Source of the DNA: Octopus bimaculoides
Taxonomy: Eukaryota
DNA length: 44,430 bases
Reading direction: 5' to 3'
Assembly: GCF_001194135.2 (NCBI RefSeq)
Contig: NC_069002.1
Location: forward strand, 12,512,201-12,556,630
A model generated the notes under the pieces. It ran no database searches. It was not told the origin of the DNA and worked only from the letters and a program-made list of their open reading frames with translations. The stretch's first letter is position 1. Each line of letters starts with the position of its first letter. The translations under genes were made by a program, and so were the position numbers. Positions 10,647 to 21,409 of the stretch are shown here, in pieces.

Positions 10647-10809
10647 TAAGGTGGTGGTGAACTAGCAGAATCGTTAGCATGCCGGGAAAACTTTGTCGAT
10701 TTTGCCTTTCATCCTTTCGGGGTCGATAAAATAGGTACCAGTTGAATACTGGGATCGATGTAATCGACTTACCCCCAATGTTGCTGGCCTTCTGCCAAAA
10801 TTTGAAACT
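10647..10809 (+). mobile_element. SINE-A, internally deleted (no B-box), with an 18-bp TSD
   Basis: AATATTATGACGTAGTAA at 10629-10646 and 10810-10827. Confidence 0.92.
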
Positions 10810-11058
10810 AATATTATGACGTAGTAAGGTATAGGGTTACGGTTAATGCTAACTGTTGTTGTTGCTTAACCCCAAGTCTGCCCTGTTTTATCAGAGTTAT
10901 TATCAATGACTTTCCAGCCTCTGCTATTCTTTGTTTTTTTTTATATCAGTCATTGTCAATCTTGGACTACATTATATTATATGTCCTTTCTGTTTTTTAA
11001 GACCATAGAGTGTATGATCTATTTTAGTTTTATTTTAGTTCTTATTTCTTACCAAACA

Positions 11059-11448
11059 TGTGGAGGCGCAATGGCCCAGTGGTTAGGGCAGCGGACTCGC
11101 GGTCATAGGATCGCGGTTTCGATTCCCAGACTGGGCGTTGTGAGTGTTTATTGAGCGAAAACACCTAAAGCTCCACGAGGCTCCGGCAGGGGAAGGTGGC
11201 GAACCCTGCTGTACTCTTTCACCACAACTTTCTCTCACTCTTTCTTCCTGTTTCTGTTGTGCCTGTAATTCAAAGGGTCAGCCTTGTCACACTGTGTCAC
11301 GCTGAATATCCCCCGAGAACTACGTTAAGGGTACACGTGTCTGTGGAGTGCTCAGCCACTTGCACGTTAATTTCATGAGCAGGCTGTTCCATTGATCGGA
11401 TCGGATCAACTGGAACCCTCGACGTCGTAAGCGACGGAGTGCCAACAA
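11059..11448 (+). mobile_element. SINE-D, full length (tRNA-derived), with an 11-bp TSD
   Basis: A-box TGGCCCAGTGG and B-box GGTTTCGATTCCC; CTTACCAAACA at 11048-11058 and 11449-11459; second copy at 38270-38624. Confidence 0.94.
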
Positions 11449-11472
11449 CTTACCAAACAAGTTACTCCTGCA

Positions 11473-12345
11473 CAGCCACCGAGGGAAATTTTACAGGGAG
11501 GAAGAAAATTGTTTTGTAGCTTCAGAGGGGAGAGAGGAGTCTCCTCTGGAAATTTAGTTTAAATGGACCTTAAATCTTTAATTATGTCCTATCAATAAAG
11601 ATAATGATATAACACGAAATTTTAAAGTTATAAATTTTTTTCTCCTTTGTAGAAAAACATGGTTATGATAAAATATGTATGAAGTAGCTTTTAGAGTAAG
11701 ATTATGAAAGTTTAATTGAACGTGATGACTAATCTCAAGCTATCTCAATATGGCCGCTGGTAAACTTTTGTAAATGCTTTATTCCCCGTGCACCAAAATG
11801 ACCAGATAACAATATATTTTAAAGAAAGCAACGATAAGCCTAATCAGCTAATGAAACGAGATTTTCTGACTTCTTTATCTGTTGAAATTTTCTAATAATA
11901 ACATTATCAAAATCAATTTCTCTTGTAATGTTTGATCCAATACTCATCAGTCTTTGTAAATCAACGAGTTTGGATTGAAATATAGCTGAGCTTAAAAAGT
12001 CTGATATATTTGAGATTACTAAAAGATCTTGCTGTACTACTGTAGATGGAACTGTCAACAATATTTTCAAACTAACACAAACATTTGGAATTATCTCACA
12101 GAATTTCTAGTTAGTTAATAAATTAATGATTTCAAAGGTTTCAGCTACGGTTTTATAAAATTTTCTTTATGTCTAAGATAAGTATGCATTTCTATAGTGA
12201 AATCTTCATTGTTGAAGTCAGAACGGTATTGGAGAAACTAAACTCGTTCGTTTTTGCTTCACAAACTCTCTTTCAAACATTGAAATGTTTCCACAAGAAA
12301 TTAAAATTTCCAACCGACCACTTAACATAGAGATAATCCAGCAAT
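11473..12345 (-). mobile_element. Decayed hAT transposon: transposase C-terminal dimerisation domain and possible right end
   Basis: Minus translation about 12100-11840: EIIPNVCVSLKILLTVPSTV / RSFSNLKYI / MSIGSNITREIDFDNVII, matching the hATC pattern PN..L.I.LT.P.T...ERSFS.LK.IK. The CAG-starting end at 11473 is tentative. Confidence 0.8.
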
Positions 12346-12359
12346 AAAATTTTAAAAAC

Positions 12360-12822
12360 TGGTACTCCGTCGATTACAACGACGCTGGTTCTAGTTGATC
12401 TGGTCAACGGAACAGCCTACTCGTGAAATTAACGTGCAAGTGGCTGAGCGCTCCACAGACGCGCTTACCCTGAACGTAGTTCTCAAGGAGATTCGGCGTC
12501 ACACAGGATGGGACAAGGCTGGCCCTTTGAAATACAGGTACTACTCTCTCTTGCCAATTGAGTGGACTGGAAGAACGTGAAATAAAGTGTCTTGCTCAAG
12601 GATACAACGCACCATCAGGTGTCGAACTCATCACCTCACAATCGTGATCCGAAAAGGCTGATCCTTTGAAATACAGGTACTGCTCTCTTTTGCCAATTGA
12701 ATGGACTGACGTAACGGGAAATACAGTGTCTTGCTCAATGACACAGCACGCAGACAGGTGTCGAACTCCTGACCTTACGATCGTGATTCGAATGCCCTAA
12801 CCACTAAGCCATGCGCCTCCAC
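12360..12822 (-). mobile_element. SINE-E (tRNA head, CORE-like body, D-type tail) with a duplicated 139-bp internal unit
   Basis: Head GTGGAGGCGCATGGCTTAGTGG; units at 12515-12653 and 12654-12792; tail homologous to SINE-D 11270-11448. Confidence 0.88.
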
Positions 12823-12942
12823 AATAATATTAACAATCAAAGCATAAAATAGATTTTCTAGGGTGTGCCCTCTACTGGGGAATCACTTGTGCCAGTGACT
12901 TCTATCCCTATTAGATTCAGGTGTTTTGTCACCCGGCAACCT

Positions 12943-12998
12943 TCCTTTCGTTCCACTCACGACTCCTTAGTCATGAGAGAGTTTAATCTTCCCTTCGA
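12943..12998. repeat. 56-bp unclassified dispersed repeat with a hairpin, copy 2
   Basis: Matches 7147-7202. Confidence 0.85.
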
Positions 12999-13059
12999 GG
13001 TCTGACGCCATTTCTTTAACCTCGCTCTAAATGTTATTTTTTCGACTTGTTCACTAAAT

Positions 13060-13168
13060 CTTGCTTCCCAACCACATGGTTCCAAGTTCAGTCCCACTGC
13101 GTGGAACCTTGGGCCGACCAAAGCCTATTGAGCGGATTTGATAAATGGTAACTGAAAGAAGCCCGTCG

Positions 13169-13170
<2 letters not shown>
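13060..13170 (+). mobile_element. SINE-B 5' half with a microhomology-type deletion of the CORE-like segment
   Basis: CCTTGGG is joined directly to CCGACCAAAGCC; the segment ending in CTCGGG is missing. Confidence 0.85.
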
Positions 13171-13200
<30 letters not shown>

Positions 13201-13829
13201 TATATATATATATATGTATGTATATATGTCTATATATATATATANNNNNNNNNNNNNNNNNNNNNNNNNNNNNNNNNNNNNNNNNNNNNNNNNNNNNNNN
13301 NNNNNNNNNNNNNNNNNNNNNNNNNNNNNNNNNNNNNNNNNNNNNNNNNNNNNNNNNNNNNNNNNNNNNNNNNNNNNNNNNNNNNNNNNNNNNNNNNNNN
13401 NNNNNNNNNNNNNNNNNNNNNNNNNNNNNNNNNNNNNNNNNNNNNNNNNNNNNNNNNNNNNNNNNNNNNNNNNNNNNNNNNNNNNNNNNNNNNNNNNNNN
13501 NNNNNNNNNNNNNNNNNNNNNNNNNNNNNNNNNNNNNNNNNNNNNNNNNNNNNNNNNNNNNNNNNNNNNNNNNNNNNNNNNNNNNNNNNNNNNNNNNNNN
13601 NNNNNNNNNNNNNNNNNNNNNNNNNNNNNNNNNNNNNNNNNNNNNNNNNNNNNNNNNNNNNNNNNNNNNNNNNNNNNNNNNNNNNNNNNNNNNNNNNNNN
13701 NNNNNNNNNNNNNNNNNNNNNNNNNNNNNNNNNNNNNNNNNNNNNNNNNNNNNNNNNNNNNNNNNNNNNNNNNNNNNNNNNNNNNNNNNNNNNNNNNNNN
13801 NNNNNNNNNNNNNNNNNNNNNNNNNNNNN

Positions 13830-13865
<36 letters not shown>

Positions 13866-14022
13866 GGAGAGAGAGAGAGGGAGATAGAAAGGGAGAGAGA
13901 GAGAGGGAGATAGAAAGAGAGAGAGAGAGATAGAAAGGGAGAGAGAGAGAAAGGGAGAGAGAGAGTGTGACAGACAAACAGATAGACAGATAGACACACA
14001 AACAGATAGATAGGTAGGTCGG

Positions 14023-14056
<34 letters not shown>

Positions 14057-14100
14057 CACATATGTGTTTGTGTGTATGTGTGTGTGTGTTTATATATCTT
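13170..14100. repeat. TA / gap 13245-13829 / GA / GATA / TG simple repeats
   Basis: Directly visible. Confidence 0.92.
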
Positions 14101-14184
14101 ATCTTTTTATGTCCTTCCTTTACTCTCTTCAAAATTGAAACTGAACAGCCGCCCCTTTCGAACTTTGCCAAATGACAGCTAACA

Positions 14185-14435
14185 TTGCCATTATGGCGGC
14201 AAAGTATAGAAAACATGGCTGCAATGGAGAATATTTTCGCCGCCATGTCGGCTTCACAAATTATACTTTCTGTAATAGCGCCAACGATTATTTGAACAAG
14301 CAGACGACAGGATAAGTTTCAAACAAATTTGCTAGCAACAGAAATGTCACAGGTCAAGTACATTAGATCATCTGCTCGACTAAACGTTTTTGAGCCGTGT
14401 TTATTCTAAAACTTCCGCATGTCGCCATCTTATTT
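14185..14435. promoter_or_regulatory. Cluster of YY1-like motifs plus an ETS-like motif
   Basis: ATGGCGGC (14193-14200), AAAACATGGCT (14210-14220), CGCCGCCATGT (14238-14248), CGCCATCTT (14423-14431) and ACTTCCG (14411-14417). Confidence 0.3.
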
Positions 14436-14730
14436 ATTTCTGCTACCGTTTTGTTGTTACTTTTAAGCATTATTATTCATATCATTTTTTTTTTTTTTTT
14501 TGTTACAAACTAACTCAAATACCAAATACTAAAACAAAAATCATTTTAGATAAAGATACAAATAGGAAATGTTTCAAAGGATTTTTGATTTCTTGAAAAT
14601 ATAGTCTTAAACAAGTTGTTTGTTTTAAATAGATAGTATTTTATTGTTTCGTTTTGTCTTATTTTAGTATAGCGAACGTTGATAAAAACGTCATTGTCAA
14701 TAGACATCCCATCTTTTTTATCGCTTATCT

Positions 14731-15173
14731 CTTACTTGTTTTAGTCATTGGACTGCGCCCATGCTGCAGCATCCCCTTGAAGGGTTTAGTGGAACAAATC
14801 GAGCTCCAGTACTTATTTTTTAAAGCCTGATTGTTATTTTATCGGCCTCCTTTGTCGAACCACTAGGTTACGGGAACATAAACAATCCAACAGCGGTTGT
14901 CAAGCGGTGATGTGGGAGAAACACAAAGATAAGCATGCATACATACATAGATACATACACACACACTCACACACAAAGATGCATACACACACATAGACAT
15001 ATATACACGACGGTCTACTTTCACTTTCAGTTTACCAAATCCACCCACAAGGCTTTGGTCGGCCCGGGACTAGAGTTGAAGACACTTACCCAAGATGCTA
15101 CGCAGTAGGACTGAGCCTGGAACTTTGTGGTTGGGAAGCAAACTTCTTACCATGCAGCCTCGCCTGCACTTAT
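14731..15173 (-). mobile_element. SINE-B, full length
   Basis: Collinear reverse complement of 29543-29950, including the internal microsatellite. Confidence 0.92.
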
Positions 15174-15384
15174 CTTGGAGTTAATAATATTTTTTGTCTT
15201 CTTTTATTTCGCCATCTGTTGACTCCATTTGAACGAACAGGCCTTCAGAGAAACTGGCTACAGCACCTTTGCAGAAAACACTCGTTTAAAGTACCGTGGA
15301 GAACGAAATAAAACACCGAAAGATATTTTGTCTATCAATGTGCAGTGTTTCCTCCATTGTTGCTTTATAATTAATAATACTAAT

Positions 15385-15589
15385 TAGGTGGCGAACTGGT
15401 AGAAGAGTTAGCACGCCGGACAAAATGCTTAGCAGTATTTTTCCTGGCTATTTTCGTTCTGAGTTCAAATTCCGCCCAGATCTACTTTTCCTTTCATCCT
15501 TTCGGGGTCGATAAAATAAGTATCAGATACAATAAATACCCCTCCCACTAAAATTACTGGCCTTGCACTAAAGTTTGAAACACTAACAA
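15385..15589 (+). mobile_element. SINE-A with a 12-bp TSD
   Basis: AATAATACTAAT at 15373-15384 and 15590-15601; A- and B-boxes present. Confidence 0.9.
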
Positions 15590-15667
15590 AATAATACTAA
15601 TGGCATTTATGAAGTTCTAATTTAGCTTCAAAGTGGAAAGGTATAGCTTTTTCTATCGACCCCAGTT

Positions 15668-15837
15668 TGGAAGCGCGGGGCCTAGTATTCAAGCTATTGT
15701 ACTCACGATCGCAAGATTGTGATATCGATTCCGGAATCGGGCGATATGTTGAGTTCTTGAGCGAATAACTTCCTTACACGTGGCTCCAGTCGACTGAGCT
15801 GTAAATGAGTAACCCTGCAATGGACTGGCGCCCGGTT
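15668..15837 (+). mobile_element. SINE-F (E-type head and CORE-like body, F-type tail start), old
   Basis: TCACGATCG head and CTCCAGTCGACTGAGCTG body shared with SINE-E; continues as TGAGTAACCCTGCAATGGACTGGCGCCCG. Confidence 0.72.
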
Positions 15838-15954
15838 GAGACCGATAGAATAAGTACTGGGTTTACAAAGAATAAGTCCCGGGGTCGATTTGCTCGACTA
15901 AAGGCGGTGCTCCAGCATGGCCGCAGTCAAATGACTGAAACAAGTAAAAGAGAA
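15838..15954 (+). mobile_element. SINE-B 3' end
   Basis: Near-identical to about 29828-29942. Confidence 0.93.
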
Positions 15955-16759
15955 CACGCATGTTGTTTTTTAAATATCCGCGAAACCACGTCAAAGATAC
16001 AGAGTAAAATATTTTCTCGAATTATGAAAATGTACCGCCAGTGGTGCATAAGTCGGCTGCGTGAAGTTTGCGATGAACCGCCGTTGGTACATGTGACAGT
16101 TAATGTGTTAAAGCAATGTCATCATTGCAGTATGAAATAGAGTGTTTTACGAGGGCTAATACATTCACGCCTGTTCACGGAGCTCTCAACACCCGATATT
16201 AATATCTACAATTTTTTTTCTTTTTTAAAGTCGAACTCTCTACACTCAACTATCAGAATATAGAACAAACTTCCTTTAGCAGCCATCAAAGTCATCTCAG
16301 CTGACGAGATACAAACTATCAAAAGCTGCTGAAACGCAGTCAGCTCCTGTCAACTCTTCTTTATCGGAAGCGCAGTGAACCAGTGATCGGCCCCAAACAA
16401 CCAATGAAGCCATTGTTCAGAGAGGCATGCAATAATAAGAAGAAAAATAAGAAAGGAAAAAAAAAGAAAAGAAAAGACAAAAAAAAGAGCGAGTCGATTA
16501 AACCGACAGAGCCCTCCCTAAAACTATTTTCTTCCTCGGTCTTTTGTGATTCAATTTGTTTTTGATTACGTTTTTCACCAACGATCGCTGCAACAAAGAC
16601 AACTACAACAACAACATTAAGAATATCGAAAACACACACTAACAACAACAACAACAAAAACGGCAACAACGACTGTATTTATTTTGCGCTCATTATTTCG
16701 TTTACAGAACGGTTGGTGACCGAATCGAGCGAAACTGTTATATACGCCCCGGGCTGCGG

Positions 16760-17243
16760 TGGCGGTGGTTGCGATGGGGGATTGTGATGGTGGTGGGGTG
16801 GTGTCGGTGATAGTGGTAGCGGTGTGGAAAGAGAAGAGGCTGTAGTAGTGGTAATAATAGTGATGGATGTGGTGGTGGTGGTGGTGGTGGTGGTGNNNNN
16901 NNNNNNNNNNNNNNNNNNNNNNNNNNNNNNNNNNNNNNNNNNNNNNNNNNNNNNNNNNNNNNNNNNNNNNNNNNNNNNNNNNNNNNNNNNNNNNNNNNNN
17001 NNNNNNNNNNNNNNNNNNNNNNNNNNNNNNNNNNNNNNNNNNNNNNNNNNNNNNNNNNNNNNNNNNNNNNNNNNNNNNNNNNNNNNNNNNNNNNNNNNNN
17101 NNNNNNNNNNNNNNNNNNNNNNNNNNNNNNNNNNNNNNNNNNNNNNNNNNNNNNNNNNNNNNNNNNNNNNNNNNNNNNNNNNNNNNNNNNNNNNNNNNNN
17201 NNNNNNNNNNNNNNNNNNNNNNNNNNNNNNNNNNNNNNNNNNN

Positions 17244-17279
<36 letters not shown>

Positions 17280-17590
17280 ATATACACACATTTATATACA
17301 TGTTTCTATAAATTTATATGTATGTATATACATATATATGTGTATGTATATACACGTTCACACATACACACTTACACACATTCATGCAAATACACATACA
17401 CACACGCATATTCAGATGTAATAATCCCATAATGCCCTGCAACAAATACGTACATAATAGATATGTTATGTGTGTGTGTGTGTATAAATGTATATATGTA
17501 TACACACACTTACACTTATATGTAAATGTCAGACAAACACATATACGCACATCAGACGCGCGCGCGCGCATATACTACACTCACGCACAT
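16760..17590. repeat. (GGT)n / gap 16896-17243 / TA-CA simple repeats
   Basis: Directly visible. Confidence 0.9.
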
Positions 17591-17824
17591 AGACAATGGA
17601 TGATTGTATAATCGATTCAGTTTTAAAAGTTTTCAGCGAACGACGCCAACTTTCTGACAAGATTTCCACCTCAGATCTTCAATACAATACTGGACGGAAG
17701 GAGAAGGAGGGAGAGGAGAAAAGAAGAAGAAGAAGAAGAAAAGAGTGTGTGTGTGTGAGAAATGAAGGAGAGTCTCTGTGAAACATGGAACAGTAAAAAC
17801 AATAACGAAGACAATAACATCGGT

Positions 17825-17868
<44 letters not shown>

Positions 17869-18002
17869 TAATAATAGTAAGAAGAAGTTATTACTCTAGT
17901 ACCGGCTTCAGTCAGAGGCTGTGCTTCTGCTGAAGGTCGAAAATACCATCACCACTACCGACAACAACAACAACAACAATAATAATAATAATAATAATAA
18001 TA

Positions 18003-18226
18003 TTTATAGGATTAAGGTAACTCCTCCAGTAGGTATACAGAAGCAAATAAAAAGGGTGCCATTGTTATCAAGTGAACGATATTTCGGCAGCTTGTGTACC
18101 TTCCACAGGTTTAAAAAATAAACTTGTCAATCTACTTCATTTCTGATATTTTATAGGACTGAGGTAACTCCTCCAGTAGGTATACAGAAGCAACACTAGA
18201 TGCCGAAATATCGTTCACTTGATAAC
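18003..18226. repeat. Local rearrangement: 44-bp direct repeat plus 26-bp inverted repeat
   Basis: 18003-18046 equals 18150-18193 with 2 mismatches; 18064-18089 is the exact reverse complement of 18201-18226. Confidence 0.93.
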
Positions 18227-18394
18227 GAGATGGAAAGGCAAGAAGCTTTGAATTGGGTGCTAGAATTGCAGGAGCGGGCACAATAGTGTGCCGTCTCCGG
18301 TATTCGATCCTCAGAAGAGGAAAGGATGATGAAAGAGTCAAGCTCGTTATGTGCAAGGATTAGGTCTTTGTGGCTATCCTTACACACGCATATA

Positions 18395-18513
18395 CGAGTG
18401 GGTGCTGAAAACTCCTGGCTTTGAGTAAATGAAAATACAAGAGGATCAGTTAATTATGATTTTATTCAACATATTCTCCTCTAAGATTCGCACACTTATT
18501 GCCAATGTCCTTC
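18395..18513 (+). mobile_element. Tc1/mariner-type element terminus
   Basis: TA followed by CGAGTGGGTGCTGAAAACTCC, resembling the TA-CGAGGG..AAAAGT mariner TIR start; subterminal sequence is repeated at 7060-7144. Confidence 0.7.
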
Positions 18514-19310
18514 AATGAATATTGATTATAATATCGTTAAAGGTTTTTTTTTTTTATTAAAACTTAGTATATATAAAGTCTAATCTTTTATTCTTAATAA
18601 TTTTTTTCATTCTTAATTTTTCATTCATAATTTTTTCATTCATATTTTTATTTCTACGTTTGTAGAAATAAGTATTTTTCTATTTTTCTATTATTCAATT
18701 GATTTTTAATGATAATTAAATAAACGTTTTTAGTTTTAAATAGTTTAGCTTTAACTATTACACCGGTTAAATATGTACTAATATTATCTTTATTATTATT
18801 TTAACCTTAAACTTCGTTCAAATTATATTTAAAACGATAATAATTTATGTAAGCTGGTTTTTGTATATAATATACATGTTAGCATATATTATAATGGATG
18901 TAGGGATGTTATGGAATGTTTATTATTTTGATATTTTTAATAATTATTCTATATTTATAAAATAAGTATTTTATATAAATTCATTTGGTACTTATTGTTG
19001 GTTGATATATATAATTATTTATTATAATTATGGTTCTATTTAAGACTTGACGATTAGCTGCATTTTTGAATAGAATTTATTTTCGATAATTTTAATTGAT
19101 TTTAATCGATTTAAATTTCCTTTCTATTTGAAAATTAGTTATGAAACACGTGTAGTCATTTTATTATCTTTATATTATGATATTTACTGTGTATTATATT
19201 ATACTCATTTATTGTGCTTTTAATTATAAATTTTTCTATATATGATAGTAGATTTTCATCGAATGAGTTCATGAAACTTGGTTCTTTTCCCTAAAACTAT
19301 ATATTTATAT
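18514..19310 (+). other. Very AT-rich, T-skewed unique island; possible decayed mitochondrial-type (NUMT-like) sequence
   Basis: Non-repetitive. Hydrophobic frames free of TAA/TAG at 18771-18962 (64 codons) and 19139-19291 (51 codons, two TGA), the latter ending MKLGSFP. Gene identity is not established. Confidence 0.3.
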
Positions 19311-19549
19311 NNNNNNNNNNTATATATACAATTGTTTCAATTCACACGCTATACAAATTACAAGCATATAGAATAAAATAAGCTTGCATCTTGAATATAT
19401 AGAGTAAAAACCTTCAGGGCTAATGGATATTAAGGAAACTACATGTTGATCAATTGAGACTCCCCAACAGACTAAGTAGATGAAAATATGCTTAATTGTG
19501 TGTGTATGTGTGTGTACGTGTTAATTTTATTTAAATTTAATTACATATA

Positions 19550-19818
19550 TAAAACATAAAGTATAAAATATAAAAACACAAAAATAAAATAAAAAGTAAA
19601 CAATAAATAATAATAATAAAATATTCAGGCAAAAATAAAGATATACTCACAAAAATAAAAATAATAATAATAAAAATGAAAATACAAATGTAAAAGAAAT
19701 AAAAATAAAATACATGTGGGTAAGACAAAAAATAATAATAGATAATAAATAATAAAAAATATATATATGTATGTATATGCATATATATATATGTGTATGT
19801 ATATATGTGTGTGTGTAT

Positions 19819-19881
<63 letters not shown>

Positions 19882-20562
19882 NNNNNNNNNNNNNNNNNNN
19901 NNNNNNNNNNNNNNNNNNNNNNNNNNNNNNNNNNNNNNNNNNNNNNNNNNNNNNNNNNNNNNNNNNNNNNNNNNNNNNNNNNNNNNNNNNNNNNNNNNNN
20001 NNNNNNNNNNNNNNNNNNNNNNNNNNNNNNNNNNNNNNNNNNNNNNNNNNNNNNNNNNNNNNNNNNNNNNNNNNNNNNNNNNNNNNNNNNNNNNNNNNNN
20101 NNNNNNNNNNNNNNNNNNNNNNNNNNNNNNNNNNNNNATATATACATACATACTTACATACACATGCACACTACAAACGCAAACATATATATAACATATG
20201 TATATATATAATGTATATATATAATATATATATCATACACACACACACACACGCACGCACACATATATAGATAAATATATGACATATGATATATCATATA
20301 TACATAGATATATATATGTTATCTTTAGTATATTATATATTATATTTTTAATATATATTACATTGTATTATATATATATACGATCTTACACTTAAGCACA
20401 AGTGATTATATGCACGCGCACAGATATAATTAAATTACTGTTAAATCTATGCACACTCGCATACATACACACACACATATGTGTGTGTATGTATGTATGT
20501 ATGTATGTATGCAGTCACCCAAGTGCGTGTGTGTGTGTATGTATGTGTGTGTGCGTGTGTGT
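19550..20562. repeat. A-rich, (CA)n, gap 19882-20137 and TA/TG simple repeats
   Basis: Directly visible. Confidence 0.9.
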
Positions 20563-20564
20563 AC

Positions 20565-21007
20565 TCTAGACGGGCTAGTGCCTAATATGTGCATTGTTAT
20601 ACAAATGTCAGAACTGGCCGCCATTGTATTGTACCAAAGGTACCGTCCATTTCATCTAAATTCAAGACCAGGTACTGCAATAGTCTAGGGTTCAAAGGCC
20701 CACAGCTTTTCAATGCCCTACCACAAAAATTAAGAGATCTGCATAAGGTGGAAGTAGGTGTCTTCAAAAAGGAACTAGGCATCTTCCTCTCGACAATACC
20801 AGATGAACCAACGGCCCGACATGAAGTACAGACGTGGGCAGCGAAGCCAAACTCCTTTATACACCAAATGGACCAACAGCTGGGACAAAGGTACATACAG
20901 GAGTGGTGATGTGAAACACCTCAGACTGAGGAAGTCAGAAAAACAATGGTGCTCCAGCATGACCGCAGCTGCATGGCTGAAACGAGTAAAAGAATAAAAG
21001 AATAAAA
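20565..21007 (+). mobile_element. CR1-group LINE 3' end (RT C-terminus, 3' UTR, ATAAAAGA tail)
   Basis: LDGLVPN / GRHCIVPKVP..TRYCNSLGFKGPQLFNALPQKLRDL..FKKELGIFLSTIPDEP; homologous to 28931-29520. Confidence 0.87.
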
Positions 21008-21030
21008 CATGTATAGACAGGCAGTTAGAT

Positions 21031-21063
<33 letters not shown>

Positions 21064-21409
21064 GGTAGATAGAGAGACAGAGAGATAGATAGACAGACAG
21101 ATAGATAGATGTATACTGTAGTAAAAAAAAAGAGGGCGACAAAGAGAGAATGACAGAAGTAGAGAAAGCTAAAATGATATAGTGAGGGAAAAAGAGAGGG
21201 AGAAGGAAGAGGAAGAGCGACAGACAGACAGGCAGGCAGATGGAGAGAAACAGAGAGAAGGAGTGAGAGAAATGGAGAGAGAGCAGTTTCATTTTCCCTG
21301 ATGAAATTAATTATTTCATATTATTCGATAATCTGGAGTTTCTTAATTTATTTCAGTTGCAAAAGGATATTGTCACCCGCCTCACCGCTTCTACCCCACG
21401 CTGTCTCCA

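Noticed and set aside
11061-11135. tRNA genes at the SINE heads (also 12750-12822, 38550-38624, 43400-43471)
   Set aside because: A- and B-boxes are present, but the acceptor stems are not closed and each continues into a shared SINE body, with TSDs in two cases.
16299-16345. CTGACGA-hairpin-GAAAC-GCA-GTC as a hammerhead
   Set aside because: No stem I; AGCTGAC pairs perfectly with GTCAGCT and would sequester the core.
18196-18387. ORF containing LILAHNEL as a leucine-rich-repeat exon
   Set aside because: Single partial motif lacking the upstream L, no second repeat or clear splice sites, and the frame overlaps the local rearrangement.
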